DNA of 64,000 nt from Treponemataceae bacterium (GCA_031549725.1 JAVBPH010000017.1:236-64235); one strand, 5' to 3'. Positions 27,851-38,891 are shown, counted from the first letter of the stretch. The notes: a model not told the origin generated them from the sequence alone. Numbers and translations are program-made.

Positions 27851-29260
27851 ATGGCAATTACATTTTATTCCCTCGGTGCAGCCGAGGAAGTCACCGGGTC
27901 CAAACACGTGATCGAAGTTGATGGAAGAAGCTATCTTATTGACTGCGGAGCCTTCCAGGGTTCCCGGGCAGAGGCCGACCGGAAAAACCGGAATTTCGGC
28001 ATAGATCCGGACAAAATAGAGGCATGTATATTAACCCATGGTCACTATGACCACTGCGGTCTGCTGCCCCTGCTTTCCAAACGGGGATTTAACCGCAATA
28101 TCTATTCCACCCCGGCTACCCGGGATATCGCCAATCTTATCATGATGGATTCCGCGAATATCCAGGCCAGGGATGCCATTTATTTAAAGAAGCAGGCAAG
28201 TAAAAAGGGAGAGAAATTTGACTGGACACCCCTTTTTGAAGAAAAGGATGTGATTAAAACCACCAACCAGTTTGTGGGTGTTTCCTACCACCGGCCAATG
28301 AGAATCGGCGATGGGGTGGAGGTAGAATTTTATGATGCCGGCCACATCCTTGGTTCCGCCATCGCCATGGTAACCATAGACAGAAACGGCAGGAAAACCC
28401 GGATTGCCTGTACCGGCGACCTGGGCCGGAAAAAGAAACCCATCATCCGGGACCCGGAAATTGTCCCTGCCCCGGATTATATTATCCTGGAAAGTACCTA
28501 CGGCGACCGTCGCCATGAATCCACCACCAACGCCATGAACGAGCTGGCGGAGATTGCCAAACGGGCGGTGGAAACAAAAGGAAAAATTATTATCCCGGCG
28601 TTTGCCATTGAGCGGACCCAGGAACTGGTGTATTACTTCCATCTTTTGGTGGATGACGGCATCATTCCGGAAATTCCTATTTATGTGGATTCTCCCATGG
28701 CAACCAACGCCACCACCATTTTCCAGCTGCACCCCGAATGCTATGATGAAGATATCCATGAGGCGTTTACCAAACACCACAAAAATCCCTTCGGCTTTAA
28801 CTCCCTCCACTTTACCACCAGTGTGCTGGAATCCAAAGCCCTGAACGATCACCCGGGCCCGCTGATTATTATATCCGCTGACGGTATGTGTGAAGCAGGC
28901 CGCATCCAGCATCATCTGATCCACAACATTGAAGATCCCAACACAACGATCCTGCTGGTCGGGTATATGGCGGAAAACACCTTGGGACGGCGCCTGCGCA
29001 ACCGGGAACAGGAAGTAAAAATCCATGGCCAGTGGTTTAAACGGAAGGCAAATGTGCAGGAAATCAACGCTTTCAGTGCCCATGCGGATTATGAAGAAAT
29101 GGGCGCCTGGCTCGATGCGGTGGATACTTCCAACTTAAAGAAAATTTTTATGGTCCATGGGGAACCAAAGGTCCAGGCAATATTCAAGGATTACCTGATT
29201 AAAAAAGGGTATCCTAACGTGGATATTATCCAATACGGAAAAACCTATGAGGCTGATTAG
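27851..29260 (+). CDS. MBL-fold / beta-CASP RNA-metabolising hydrolase
   Basis: HGHYDHCG (HxHxDH) motif, then beta-CASP-like ESTYGDR and a C-terminal VHGE. The homologue-like N-terminus MAITFYSLGAAEEVTGS sets the start at 27851. The track start is 27833. Confidence 0.8.
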   Translation: MAITFYSLGAAEEVTGSKHVIEVDGRSYLIDCGAFQGSRAEADRKNRNFGIDPDKIEACILTHGHYDHCGLLPLLSKRGFNRNIYSTPATRDIANLIMMDSANIQARDAIYLKKQASKKGEKFDWTPLFEEKDVIKTTNQFVGVSYHRPMRIGDGVEVEFYDAGHILGSAIAMVTIDRNGRKTRIACTGDLGRKKKPIIRDPEIVPAPDYIILESTYGDRRHESTTNAMNELAEIAKRAVETKGKIIIPAFAIERTQELVYYFHLLVDDGIIPEIPIYVDSPMATNATTIFQLHPECYDEDIHEAFTKHHKNPFGFNSLHFTTSVLESKALNDHPGPLIIISADGMCEAGRIQHHLIHNIEDPNTTILLVGYMAENTLGRRLRNREQEVKIHGQWFKRKANVQEINAFSAHADYEEMGAWLDAVDTSNLKKIFMVHGEPKVQAIFKDYLIKKGYPNVDIIQYGKTYEAD

Positions 29261-29986
29261 ATGACCTATCTGACGGGTTTTCATGCAATAGAAGAAAAAA
29301 TAAAATCCGGGAATGCCGAGGGTCCTCTCCTGGTGGCCAAATCAGGCCCCAGGGCAAAGGTTATTATTTCCATGGCCATGGATGCAAAGATCCGGATTGA
29401 CCGGGTCGGCACCCATGAACTTGACCGGATTTCCCCGGACCACCGGGGCATTGCGTTGGCGGTGGAAGACAAACGTCCGTCCAGCGATATTTCTATAGAA
29501 AACTTTGTGGCCGGATTAGGTGAAAAAACCGATTCCCTGGTGGTAATCCTCGATGAGATCACCGATCCCCACAACTACGGTGCCATTCTCCGTTCCTGCG
29601 ACCAGTTCGGGGTTGATCTTGTGGTAACCCGCAACAGAAGAACCGCCAGGCATGCCGATGTGGTTTCCAAAACCTCCGCCGGCGCATCCGCCTGGATACC
29701 CTCGGCGGAAACCGCCAATCTCCCCCGGGCCGTGGAAGATTTAAAGAAGGCAGGTTTCTGGATCTACGGCGCCGACATGGAAGGGGAACCGGTGTATACA
29801 ACCAAACTGGGAGGCCGGGTTGCCATTATCATGGGAAGCGAAGGAACCGGGATCAGCCGTCTTTTAAGGGAATCCTGCGATGGTATTGTAGCTATCCCTA
29901 GTTACGGAAAAGTTGATTCTTTGAATGTATCGGTGGCGGCGGGAATACTTCTTTATGAGGTAAGGCGTCAGAGGGATTCCAGGTAA
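29261..29986 (+). CDS. rlmB: TrmH/SpoU-family 23S rRNA 2'-O-methyltransferase (RlmB-like)
   Basis: 241-aa ORF with SpoU motifs (DPHNYGAILRS, IMGSEGTGIS, SLNVSVAAGILLYE). The ATG directly follows the upstream stop. Confidence 0.8.
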   Translation: MTYLTGFHAIEEKIKSGNAEGPLLVAKSGPRAKVIISMAMDAKIRIDRVGTHELDRISPDHRGIALAVEDKRPSSDISIENFVAGLGEKTDSLVVILDEITDPHNYGAILRSCDQFGVDLVVTRNRRTARHADVVSKTSAGASAWIPSAETANLPRAVEDLKKAGFWIYGADMEGEPVYTTKLGGRVAIIMGSEGTGISRLLRESCDGIVAIPSYGKVDSLNVSVAAGILLYEVRRQRDSR

Positions 29987-30011
29987 ATTTGCCAACACTG
30001 TACAACCAGTT

Positions 30012-30482
30012 TTAGATTTCTTTCGTATTTTCTTCTTTCCCAATGTGTTTGTCTAATTTTTGAATCTCATTTTTCAGTACTTTTATTATTTCCTTCTTAA
30101 ATGTCAGCTTGTTGATTTCTGACCCTAATGGTATCTTTCGATACCCGGAGAATCCTCCGGCACTACGTTTATTTAATATAAGCAGATACCCTTCATCATC
30201 AGACCATTGAAACTCTAATACACTTAAATCCTTAATAGCCCTCTCCCATTTTTTTATTCCGGTTATTACTTCTATAGGGGTTGGATTTGGTTGTACCCCA
30301 ATTGTATTATTGGTTGCTTCATATGCTTTCATTGTTTTTGTATATATATCATCCTCATCAGTAATTGATGAAATAAACCAAGGATCGGATTCCACCATAC
30401 CTGGTCCAGGACAGGGTCTAGTTGGAATAATATATAAATTCCCTTTATTATCAAAATAAATACCAGCACTTCTCCATTGCAT
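30012..30482 (-). CDS. hypothetical protein (AT-rich two-gene cassette)
   Basis: Start moved to MQWRSAGIYF (ATG 30482) behind aaggaga. The track ORF extends to 30527. No recognisable catalytic motif. AT-rich. Confidence 0.5.
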   Translation of the reverse strand: MQWRSAGIYFDNKGNLYIIPTRPCPGPGMVESDPWFISSITDEDDIYTKTMKAYEATNNTIGVQPNPTPIEVITGIKKWERAIKDLSVLEFQWSDDEGYLLILNKRSAGGFSGYRKIPLGSEINKLTFKKEIIKVLKNEIQKLDKHIGKEENTKEI

Positions 30483-30527
30483 CGTTCTCTCCTTAATTTT
30501 TTCAAAGCAAGAGTTTAGTAACAGCAA

Positions 30528-31049
30528 TTACATTGTCTTTGGCAATACTTCCCTTTCAAGAAGGAAATGGCCGCCTTTATTTTCAAAGAAATACAAACGG
30601 CATAAAAATGGGTTGTATACATAAACCCCATCATCTCCTTTATAAAAACATACTGCATAACTGGGATCAAATTCATCAGACATATAGTCCCGGGCGAAAT
30701 TATAAACACCAACAGAAATTACTTCATCTTGTTCATATATTAATACAAGTATTCCATAACATAAAATATCATCCAAAGTAAATGAAAAACCTGTTATTCT
30801 TCCATTTTTATCTACATATCTTTTTTCCAGATTATCAAATACTGCTCCTAATATGGGATACTGATTTTCCCAATCACCGTATTCTGCAATCGAATCTGAA
30901 AAAAAGTGATCTATTATTTTTCCAGCATCTATTGGAACCATACTTATTGAATCAAAAGCTTTTTCAAGCATAAAAAATGAATAGATACCAAAAATAATAA
31001 AAACATTAATAAGCAACAATAGGACTCCCTGCAGAACCTTCTTTTTCAT
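30528..31049 (-). CDS. hypothetical membrane-anchored protein (AT-rich two-gene cassette)
   Basis: 173-aa ORF with a single N-terminal TM helix (VLQGVLLLLINVFIIFGIYSFF). The stop abuts the downstream ORF. Confidence 0.5.
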   Translation of the reverse strand: MKKKVLQGVLLLLINVFIIFGIYSFFMLEKAFDSISMVPIDAGKIIDHFFSDSIAEYGDWENQYPILGAVFDNLEKRYVDKNGRITGFSFTLDDILCYGILVLIYEQDEVISVGVYNFARDYMSDEFDPSYAVCFYKGDDGVYVYNPFLCRLYFFENKGGHFLLEREVLPKTM

Positions 31050-31182
31050 AAAGCACTCCTATATGTATCTGACAATGTATATATTAAATGCTACTTAAAT
31101 GATTTATGTTTGAAATCGGCGAGGAATTCTCCAAGGGCATAACCAATATTCAACTACCAATTTGTCTTCAACTCCAACCATC

Positions 31183-31860
31183 TCAATCCCAACTATCCCT
31201 GCCGTCTCCGGTAATGGGAACCGGGTCTCCCAGATATTTAGGTTTCACATGAAATCCCAGGGATATCCATGCTTTGACCCTGGCCAGGGATTCCCTGGCA
31301 TACCAGCGGTTTTTGACCGTCCTGGCATACCGGGTTTCCGGAAGGGCATAGCCCACCGCATTCAGGCCAAGGCTCCTGGCAATGTACACCGACCGGGCGA
31401 TATGAAAATCCTGGGTAACAATGATTACATCATCCACCTGAAAAACGTCCCTTGCCCGGTACATGGATTCGTAGGTGGTAAACCCCGCATGGTCCATAAA
31501 AATATCACTCTCCGGAATTGACGGGGCATATTTCAGCACATATAAACGCATAGCATTTACTTCATCATCGTATTTATCCCTGCCATGGTCCCCGGAGAGC
31601 AGGAGTTTTGATCCCTTTCCGGATTTGACAACGGCGATTCCTCCCCGGACCCGGTCTTCCAGTACATGGGACAAAGTATCAGGTCCCCAAACCTGGGCAC
31701 CAAGTACCAGAACTGCGGCCGCATTGGGAAGTTCCTGGAGGTCACGGTATATATAGGGTTTTGTGCTTTTTGTTATATATAGATTAATAATCAGGCATCC
31801 CAGAAAAGCCCCGGCACCGGCAAAGAAAATGACCAGACATATTTTCTTAAACATCTTCAT
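31183..31860 (-). CDS. sanA: SanA/YdcF (DUF218) family envelope protein
   Basis: 225-aa ORF with an N-terminal TM helix, VLVLGAQVW, LLLSGDHG..YDEVNAM, DHAGFTTYESMYRA and IIVTQDFHIARSVYIAR. This is the typical SanA pattern. Confidence 0.8.
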   Translation of the reverse strand: MKMFKKICLVIFFAGAGAFLGCLIINLYITKSTKPYIYRDLQELPNAAAVLVLGAQVWGPDTLSHVLEDRVRGGIAVVKSGKGSKLLLSGDHGRDKYDDEVNAMRLYVLKYAPSIPESDIFMDHAGFTTYESMYRARDVFQVDDVIIVTQDFHIARSVYIARSLGLNAVGYALPETRYARTVKNRWYARESLARVKAWISLGFHVKPKYLGDPVPITGDGRDSWD

Positions 31861-31892
31861 AAATTGCTATGTCCTTTCTAAAAACAAGGTTA

Positions 31893-34800
31893 TTATTTGT
31901 CTAAATAGGATGACAATATTTTCCGCAGTTCTTCTATTTCAATTGGTTTGGCAATATGGCCGTTCATACCCGCATTAAGACAATTCTGCACATCCTCACT
32001 GAAAGCATTGGCGGTCATGGCAATGATGGGAACTTCCTGGGCGTAGGGGGCAGCCATCTCCCTGATCCTTCTGCTGGCCGAAAGTCCATCCAACTCGGGC
32101 ATTTGAACATCCATCAGGATGACATCATATTTATCGGTATTCTTTTCAAAAGCCTTCACCGCCACCAGACCGTTTTCTGCACAGTCAACCGATACGCAGG
32201 TATCTTCGAGGATGCCTAAAATGATCTCCCGGTTTATTTCAATATCTTCAACCACCAAAACACATTTATCCTTCCAGTTATAAACCGCTAACGGTTTATC
32301 CGGGGTTTTGCTGACCAGATTTTTCCGGGTAAGGGACATGATTGTATTCAACAAGGTCGATGGCAGGATAGGCTTGGGAAGAAAATGCTGAATCCCAATC
32401 GATTTTAACTGCGGCTCTATTTCAACCAGATCAAATCCGGAAATCATCACCACGATAATCTGGTCATTCATGAGCTGTTTTATTTTTTTGCCTGTTTCCA
32501 GGCCGCTCATTTCCGGCATATTCCAATCGAGGAATACTAAATCATAGGGGGTTCCCTGGTCCCGGTTTTTCTCAACCGCAGCCACCGCAGCCTTTCCGTT
32601 CAGGACCGTGTCGCAGTTAAGAGAAAACCCCGAAAGGATATTCCTGAAATATTCCAGCATATCCGGATCATCGTCCACCACAAGAATACGTAGATCCTTC
32701 AGCATAACCTCATTCATGGGGGTTACCGCTTTGGTTTCTCCCCACCGGACATTCACTTCAAATATAAACCGGGACCCCCTGCCGCTCTCACTCACAACGG
32801 TGATATCCCCGCCCATGAGGTTAACTATTTTTTTGCAGATTGCCAGGCCCAGACCGGTACCGCCGAACCTCCGGGTAATTCCCGCATCGGCCTGTTCGAA
32901 AGAATTAAAAAGACGTTTCTGCTGCTCCCCGGAAATTCCAATACCGTCATCCTCCACCTCGATATGGAGGACCGACATATCCTCATTTATTTTCCGTTCC
33001 TCCGCCTTGAGGATAATATTTCCTTTTTCCGGGGTAAACTTAATTGCATTATTCAGCAGATTAATAAGCACCTGGGAAAGACGAAGTTCATCGCTGATAA
33101 TATACCTGGTAAACAGCGATTTAAAATCGCAGTGAAAATTCTGGTACTTCTCATCAATTTTAACCTGAACCACCTTAAACACATTCTGCATCATTTTTTC
33201 AAGGTCGAATTCCTGGTCAACAATATCAAATTTATTGGCTTCGATTTTTGACATATCCAGGACATCATTGATAATACTCAGCAGCTGCCGGGATGACACA
33301 TCAATCTGATCCAGGCATCTTTCAATCTTTTTCATGTCACCGCTTTTTTTGGCCAGAGCGGTCATGCCAATAATTGCATTCATGGGTGTCCGGATTTCGT
33401 GGCTCATCCGGGAAAGGAACTCGCTTTTTGCATTCGTACTCGCCTGGGCGGTTTCCTTTGCCTGAATCAGATTTTCAATCATATCGATTCTTTCAATAGC
33501 CGATGCAATGAGGGTTCCTCCGGATTTCAGAAGCTCTTCCTCTGCTTCGGCAAATTGTTTGTCATACCTGGTATCGTCAAACCCTACAAAACCCCAGAAC
33601 TCACCATTCAGCACGACCGGGATTACCAGCAGCGACCGGACATCCCCTATCCCAGGAAAAGCTTCGAGGGCAAGATTGTTCATATCCTTCACCGCACCGT
33701 TCAGGCAGCCCCGGGTTCTTACAAGCTCCCTCCAATAGGGAACAATACTGTCATAGGGGAACAGCCTTCCGTCAGTGCCCGGATGGTCCGATGGTTTATC
33801 CTTTGCCCATTCCGCATACTGGAAACAGCAAAGGACACCTTCATGAAGACTGTTTTTCCATATATACGCCCGGTCCGCATTGACGCTTTCTCCAAGTACT
33901 TTCAGGGCATTAAGAATTCCCGCCCCGGAATCGCCGTGATCGTTGGCAATTAATATTGATGCGGCTTTGTTCAACGCCTGGAGAAGCCGGTCCTTCCGGA
34001 TGAGTTCATCCGTGGCGGTCTTCAGGGGGCCAAGATCAACCAGGTATGCAATCACCGCAAAGGAATTTCCGTAGGGAATCCGCCGGAGAAAAACGTTGGT
34101 CGGTTTCAGGACACCATCAATGATAAATCCCGTTTCAAAGGAATGGTCTCCGGAGACAAAGGCTTTTTTCAGCCGTTCTTCCACCTTGCTGATATATGTT
34201 TCTTCCATCCCGTTCTGGGGATCCACTTCTTTTAAATTCTTAATAAATTGTAATAAAAAATCTTCCTTGGATTTATACTTGAACATGGTGAACGCCGCGG
34301 GGTTGCAGTCCAGTGCTTCATACTTGTCGTTAAAAATAATATTCGCATGGGGGCTGCTTTCAAACATGGCAATGCTGAGCCTCTGGGTTTTATCCAGTTC
34401 CTCCACGGTCTTTACCATGGCTTCCTTAAAATGCATATTATAAGCTTCAGCGCCACTGAGTCCGGTGTCACTTTTTTTTCCGGAACGGACCACATCATCA
34501 ATACTCAGGATTCCGCCTTTTAATTTTACGGGCGATCCCTGCTTATCCCTTTCGGCAACAGTTACATATCCAAGCAGCCAGATGTAATTCCCGTTTTTAT
34601 GCCGCATTCTGATTTCATTGGTAAACATTCCGGAATTTCTTCCAAGGAAATATTCAAGCCCCGATTTAAATTTGGAAATATCATCGGGATGCATGTATAT
34701 AAAAAGATTCTCCAAAGGACCATTCAGTTCTTCCGGACTGTACCCCAGGAACATTTTATAATCGTTGCTGAAAACCAGGTCATCCCTGACCATATCATAA

Positions 34801-35258
34801 CTGTAAGCGCCAAGCCCTTTCAGCGGAGTAATTTCCCGGGCTTCATATATTTCGGTAACATCCTGGGTAATCCCCGTCAGTACCAGGGGATTCCCGTCAG
34901 CATCCTTACCGGTGATAATTCCCCGTTCCTGAACCCATGCGATATCCCCATGCTTACACATAATTCGATATTCGGTTTCATAATAAGGGACCGTCCCGTT
35001 CAGGTAATTCTTAAGGGCGCTATCCACCCTTTCCCGGTCTTCCGCATGCATACGGCTTTTCCGTATCTCATCTGAAAATTCCAGTTCCCCGTCTTCATAA
35101 CCATAAAGAAAAGACATTTGTTTGTCGGTATTTCTTTTGCCCGTCTTAAGATTCCAATCCCAAAGGGCCATATGCGTAGTATTAAAGAGGGCACGGATTG
35201 ATTCCTCATTGCACATCTTACCTTCAAAGGCATCCGGAGCATTCAAATTTTTTGGCAT
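31893..35258 (-). CDS. hybrid sensor histidine kinase with PAS and GAF domains and two receiver domains
   Basis: 1121-aa ORF with several PAS-like segments and a GAF-like segment. H-box [14 protein letters not shown], HATPase G-boxes ([16 protein letters not shown]), and two REC domains ([26 protein letters not shown]). Confidence 0.9.
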   Translation of the reverse strand: MPKNLNAPDAFEGKMCNEESIRALFNTTHMALWDWNLKTGKRNTDKQMSFLYGYEDGELEFSDEIRKSRMHAEDRERVDSALKNYLNGTVPYYETEYRIMCKHGDIAWVQERGIITGKDADGNPLVLTGITQDVTEIYEAREITPLKGLGAYSYDMVRDDLVFSNDYKMFLGYSPEELNGPLENLFIYMHPDDISKFKSGLEYFLGRNSGMFTNEIRMRHKNGNYIWLLGYVTVAERDKQGSPVKLKGGILSIDDVVRSGKKSDTGLSGAEAYNMHFKEAMVKTVEELDKTQRLSIAMFESSPHANIIFNDKYEALDCNPAAFTMFKYKSKEDFLLQFIKNLKEVDPQNGMEETYISKVEERLKKAFVSGDHSFETGFIIDGVLKPTNVFLRRIPYGNSFAVIAYLVDLGPLKTATDELIRKDRLLQALNKAASILIANDHGDSGAGILNALKVLGESVNADRAYIWKNSLHEGVLCCFQYAEWAKDKPSDHPGTDGRLFPYDSIVPYWRELVRTRGCLNGAVKDMNNLALEAFPGIGDVRSLLVIPVVLNGEFWGFVGFDDTRYDKQFAEAEEELLKSGGTLIASAIERIDMIENLIQAKETAQASTNAKSEFLSRMSHEIRTPMNAIIGMTALAKKSGDMKKIERCLDQIDVSSRQLLSIINDVLDMSKIEANKFDIVDQEFDLEKMMQNVFKVVQVKIDEKYQNFHCDFKSLFTRYIISDELRLSQVLINLLNNAIKFTPEKGNIILKAEERKINEDMSVLHIEVEDDGIGISGEQQKRLFNSFEQADAGITRRFGGTGLGLAICKKIVNLMGGDITVVSESGRGSRFIFEVNVRWGETKAVTPMNEVMLKDLRILVVDDDPDMLEYFRNILSGFSLNCDTVLNGKAAVAAVEKNRDQGTPYDLVFLDWNMPEMSGLETGKKIKQLMNDQIIVVMISGFDLVEIEPQLKSIGIQHFLPKPILPSTLLNTIMSLTRKNLVSKTPDKPLAVYNWKDKCVLVVEDIEINREIILGILEDTCVSVDCAENGLVAVKAFEKNTDKYDVILMDVQMPELDGLSASRRIREMAAPYAQEVPIIAMTANAFSEDVQNCLNAGMNGHIAKPIEIEELRKILSSYLDK

Positions 35259-35349
35259 AATATTTTTCCCTTAATATTATGGTACAATGTAGATATCCTA
35301 AAGTCAATTAAAAGCAGGATGGAGCAAACGCTGTTACTTTATCTCCGGT

Positions 35350-35372
35350 AAAAAACAGGATGCATCCTGCGG
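35350..35372 (-). terminator. intrinsic terminator downstream of the hydrolase pseudogene
   Basis: On the minus strand, the palindrome caggatgcatcctg is followed by tttttt. Confidence 0.55.
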
Positions 35373-35426
35373 GTTTAAACGTGTTCAATCAAATAGGGTT
35401 ATTTCATTCCCCTGGATTTTCTCAGC

Positions 35427-36229
35427 TTAAGACCGCAGTTCATCCTTCAGCATCCGAAAAAAATTATCCTTAGCATATTTCTCTATCCAGGGTGTATGTC
35501 CGCATTTTTCCAGACGGACCATGTTAAAAATCTTCACATGCTTCGACAGGGACTTCTCTACCCCGTCGGCGGATTGGGAATCATACTCCCCCTGGAATGA
35601 TATTACAGGGCATTTAATTTTTCCGGCTTCCAGAACGAGCGCCCCCGAATCCCTCAGTGCAGATGCTTCCCGCCAAACGGTCCGGTATATTTCCAAATCC
35701 AAATGTACATGATCAGGATTGTCAGACTGATAACAATATGCATCTGCCCGGGCCATTAATTCCCCAAAGCGTTTCAGCAGTCCCGCACCGGCATGCCGGA
35801 ATTAATCCCGGGCAGTATGTTTTCAACCTCTTTCCGGTCAGATCCGGAAAGCCTGTCCATTCTTATCTTCATCAGATCCTGGTTATATTTATTTTCCAGG
35901 ACTCCGGAACTGATCAGAATAAGTTTCCTGATATATTTGGGATACCTGGCGGCAAACAACATACCCAGCCAGACTCCCCAGGAATACCCAACCAGAATCA
36001 CCGGAAGTTCCGCCGCAGCGGTCAGCTGGTTATACAGTTCCTGAATTTGTCCTTCCAGGGATTTTTCCGTCTGCAGCAATTCCAGGATGCCGAATTCTTC
36101 CGCCAATATTTCTGCGACAGGTTTCATCTCCCCCGAAGCTCCCGGGCCTCCGTGCAGAAGCCCTATTCTCCAGGGAGGGTTTCCATAAACCCTGATACTT
36201 TGTTCTATACCTTCCTTTTGTCCTTTCAC
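35427..36229 (-). pseudogene. alpha/beta hydrolase, split by a frameshift
   Basis: The upstream ORF (35774-36229) carries HGGPG and the nucleophile elbow GYSWG. The downstream ORF (35427-35756) carries the C-terminal CGHTPW histidine. The two are in different frames and join near 35775-35800. Confidence 0.7.
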
Positions 36230-36250
36230 AATATTTTACCAAATACAGGA

Positions 36251-36715
36251 TTAATCAAAATCTTTTTTCAGATACACCATATCAACCAGCTGTATACCGT
36301 TATCAAAAATCGGATGATCATAATGATCGGTAAAAAAATTCTTCACCCTATGGGATACTTTAAATCCGCAGTGTTCATAAAAAGAAATTATGCCGGGACT
36401 TTCCCCGGTACCAACCAGCATGGAGGAAAATCTGTCTTTGTAATAATCAAAAAGAAATCTGACTAGCGTACTGCCGTACCCCTGTCCCTGGTATTCCGGA
36501 TTGGTGGCCAGGTTTTTTAATTCACAAACCGATTCATCAATTTTTGCCACCACGCAAATACTTTTAACATCATCATCAAACAGGGCAAACATATCTCCCT
36601 GTTCCAGATACCGGTCAATCATGCTTTCCTGTTCATCCGCCAGCAGGAGCAAATCGAGGAACTGTTTTTTGTTGCGGGTAATTTTTTCTATCCGCATGGA
36701 ATCTGTATTTTTCAA
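36251..36715 (-). CDS. GNAT family N-acetyltransferase
   Basis: 154-aa ORF with an acetyl-CoA binding motif ([10 protein letters not shown]) and the typical GNAT length. Confidence 0.8.
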   Translation of the reverse strand: MKNTDSMRIEKITRNKKQFLDLLLLADEQESMIDRYLEQGDMFALFDDDVKSICVVAKIDESVCELKNLATNPEYQGQGYGSTLVRFLFDYYKDRFSSMLVGTGESPGIISFYEHCGFKVSHRVKNFFTDHYDHPIFDNGIQLVDMVYLKKDFD

Positions 36716-36730
36716 AATGAAATCCTCCTA

Positions 36731-36863
36731 GGCAAACACTGATTAATGCCCACAGAGCATTAATCAGTATATTCTTTAATGCAGGCAATTCTTTGTGCAA
36801 CAAAGAATTGCGAAGGGAACCGCTGATTGGCTGCATATTGCGGCCGGTTTAATCAGCGGTTCC
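36731..36863 (+). mobile_element. family C MITE-like element, copy C3
   Basis: 133 bp, same three-hairpin architecture as C1 and C2. Its right end overlaps the last codons and the stop of the VOC ORF. Confidence 0.85.
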
Positions 36864-37209
36864 CCAGATAACCGGATGCTCGGCTCCTCCGGTTTGGTTT
36901 ATCCTGGTATATTTCCAGCCAGTGTCCGTCGGGATCTTCCAGGGTAAGCAGGCTGCCGTATTCTTCTTCCCGGATTCCCCCGATGCAAACAATTCCCAAT
37001 GCAAGTGCCCGGGTGTAAAATGCCTGAATATTCTCCGTCTCAAACATGATCCGGGTTTTTACCGGAACCACCTTCCTCTTTTCTTCCGGCCTTGTCAAGA
37101 GTGCAAACGAAGTTGTTCCCAGATCAAATTCAACCCATCCGTCATTCCGGAATTTCAGTTTCAATCCGATTTTGTTTTGATAAAAATCAACATGCCCCGC
37201 CGCAAGCAA
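36853..37209 (-). CDS. VOC (glyoxalase/bleomycin-resistance) family protein, probably truncated at both ends
   Basis: 118-aa ORF with a VOC-like core (DFYQNKIGL...LEDPDGHWLEIYQ). The TTG start lies inside repeat E1. The final codons and the TGA stop lie inside repeat C3. The N-terminal strand usual for VOC proteins is missing. Confidence 0.55.
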   Translation of the reverse strand: MLAAGHVDFYQNKIGLKLKFRNDGWVEFDLGTTSFALLTRPEEKRKVVPVKTRIMFETENIQAFYTRALALGIVCIGGIREEEYGSLLTLEDPDGHWLEIYQDKPNRRSRASGYLGNR

Positions 37210-37338
37210 CGGGGCATGTTGGTTCTGTAAGGTATGGATTATATGCGGGTTTCATACCCCGCAAAACAATTTCTTTGTTGCTTCAAAGAATCGACCTAAA
37301 AAGCGGGGTATGAAACCCACCTGCGAATCAATTGACCG
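37195..37338 (+). repeat. family E element, copy E1
   Basis: Matches 40043-40173: ccccgccgca..cggggcatgttggttctgtaaggtatggatt.tatgcgggttt.ataccccgca.aacaatttctttgtt.cttcaaagaatcg.cctaaa.agcggggt.t.aaaccc.cctgcgaat. Confidence 0.75.
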
Positions 37339-37461
37339 TTCTAAATGGCCCGAGTAAACCCACACCGCATCGATGCGTTTAATTTCCGAATTATGATGCA
37401 TGACTAACATCATACAGTTATTATGATTTCCGGGCAATGAATATTTTTAGGTTCTGTTTGT

Positions 37462-37610
37462 TCCTTCGACAAACCCAGGGCCTTACACCCCCCGGTGATT
37501 GAGGTTCTCGAAATCACCTGTGAAAGAAAAGCTTACTTTCTCACGGGCCCTTCGAGAGCCTCAGGGACCGGGATCCCCCGGTGATTGAGGCTCTCGAAAT
37601 CACCTGCGGA
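37462..37610 (+). repeat. family A, dispersed copy A2 (about 1.5 units, variant stem)
   Basis: Contains cccttcgagagcctcagggaccgg flanked by two ggtgattgagg(t/c)tctcgaaatcacc hairpins. The stem is ggtgatt/aatcacc instead of ggtggtt/aaccacc. Confidence 0.75.
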
Positions 37611-37631
37611 GGAAATGTTTATGTATTAATT

Positions 37632-38066
37632 TTACAATGAAAAACTTTCCGTTTTTAAATCACAATAGTACCGGCCTTCCTGGGCTGTAAATTTTAAAAT
37701 ACAATAATCAGGGTCCTGAACACCCTGGGGATAAAACATTTTATCACCTATTCTCCACATTTCCCTTTTTACGGATTCATCCTCCAGGACTTCCATGGTT
37801 CCCTTCAGCATTACCCCCTCGTAACGTATCAGGCCTTTATGGTAGAAATAAATGCAGGCGCGGGGATTATCCCTGTACTGGGTTACCCTCCGGGAAGATG
37901 TGTTGGTACTGAAATAAAATACCCGGACTCCTTCCCTTTTCCGGGGAGGCAGCATGGCTTTTATATTGGGGAAACCTCCGCTGTCAATTGATCCAATCAG
38001 GGCGGCCCTTTGCCTTGCAATAAATGATTCAATTTTTTTCAAATTTATTATAGGTTTTTCTTTCAT
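37632..38066 (-). CDS. pyridoxamine 5'-phosphate oxidase-like FMN-binding protein
   Basis: PNPOx/general-stress-protein-26-like pattern (GFPNIKAML....VFYFSTNTSSRRVTQYRDNPRACIYFY). Start placed at MKEKPII behind ggagg. The track ORF extends to 38111. Confidence 0.7.
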   Translation of the reverse strand: MKEKPIINLKKIESFIARQRAALIGSIDSGGFPNIKAMLPPRKREGVRVFYFSTNTSSRRVTQYRDNPRACIYFYHKGLIRYEGVMLKGTMEVLEDESVKREMWRIGDKMFYPQGVQDPDYCILKFTAQEGRYYCDLKTESFSL

Positions 38067-38201
38067 GGGGTTGTCCTCCAAATAATTAATGCATGAAAAT
38101 TCACATATCATACACCAGGGTTATAAACAGAAAATTATATCACTGTCAGGGGGAAAATAGAATCGATCTATTACTATTGCATGTGATATTAATATAATCA
38201 A

Positions 38202-38849
38202 TCAGGACCGGGTTTTATTGACCAGCTTATACGTATACAGAACCCTCCGGTCCGATAAGTCCCAGGAGGCGGTCTCCTGTTCAACCAGGCCGGGATGTTT
38301 TTTCGAAATATCCCGCAGGGAATTGCCCACGGATTTTCTCAGGTATTCACTCTCACTGTTTTTATTCCGGCTGATCAGCCCTATGGCAGCGCCCGGGTTA
38401 TCCCTAAAGTAATCACGGCCGGTCCATATCCGGAGCCCCTCGGTAACCGCCCGGCAGACATTGGGATTTTTATCGTCAAGCCATTCCTTAATAACCGGAA
38501 GAGCTTTTTTATATCCCCGGTCCTTACAGAATTGATCAAATGATTTGGCCAGGATTTCCTGAACCTGCCAGCTTGGATCGAGGCTCACCTCATTTTTTAA
38601 AACCGGCAGGGCTTGGTCATTTTCCGAAGCCATATATCCCAGGATAAACACCCCCACGCTGCGGATCTGGTAATGATCATTTTTTAGAAGATCCCTGGCC
38701 AGGGACATATTCTTTGCATCAGAGCCGGGTTTGAACAGGTCCCGGGCTGCCATCTCGATAGGTTTGAATCCGTGCTCGACCTTCAAAAGTCCCTTTAATA
38801 TTTCTTCCATGAAATCCGGTTCCCCCTGATATGCGGTTCCCAGAAACAT
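38202..38849 (-). CDS. DNA alkylation repair (HEAT-like repeat) family protein
   Basis: 215-aa ORF with the helical-repeat pattern and conserved segments (SWQVQEILAKSFDQF, WLDDKNPNVCRAVTEGLR, YLRKSVGNSLRDISKKHP) typical of the AlkD-like family. Confidence 0.6.
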   Translation of the reverse strand: MFLGTAYQGEPDFMEEILKGLLKVEHGFKPIEMAARDLFKPGSDAKNMSLARDLLKNDHYQIRSVGVFILGYMASENDQALPVLKNEVSLDPSWQVQEILAKSFDQFCKDRGYKKALPVIKEWLDDKNPNVCRAVTEGLRIWTGRDYFRDNPGAAIGLISRNKNSESEYLRKSVGNSLRDISKKHPGLVEQETASWDLSDRRVLYTYKLVNKTRS

Positions 38850-38891
38850 ACCGGCGCATCATTTACGCAGCACCGCCTTCCCGGTTATGAT

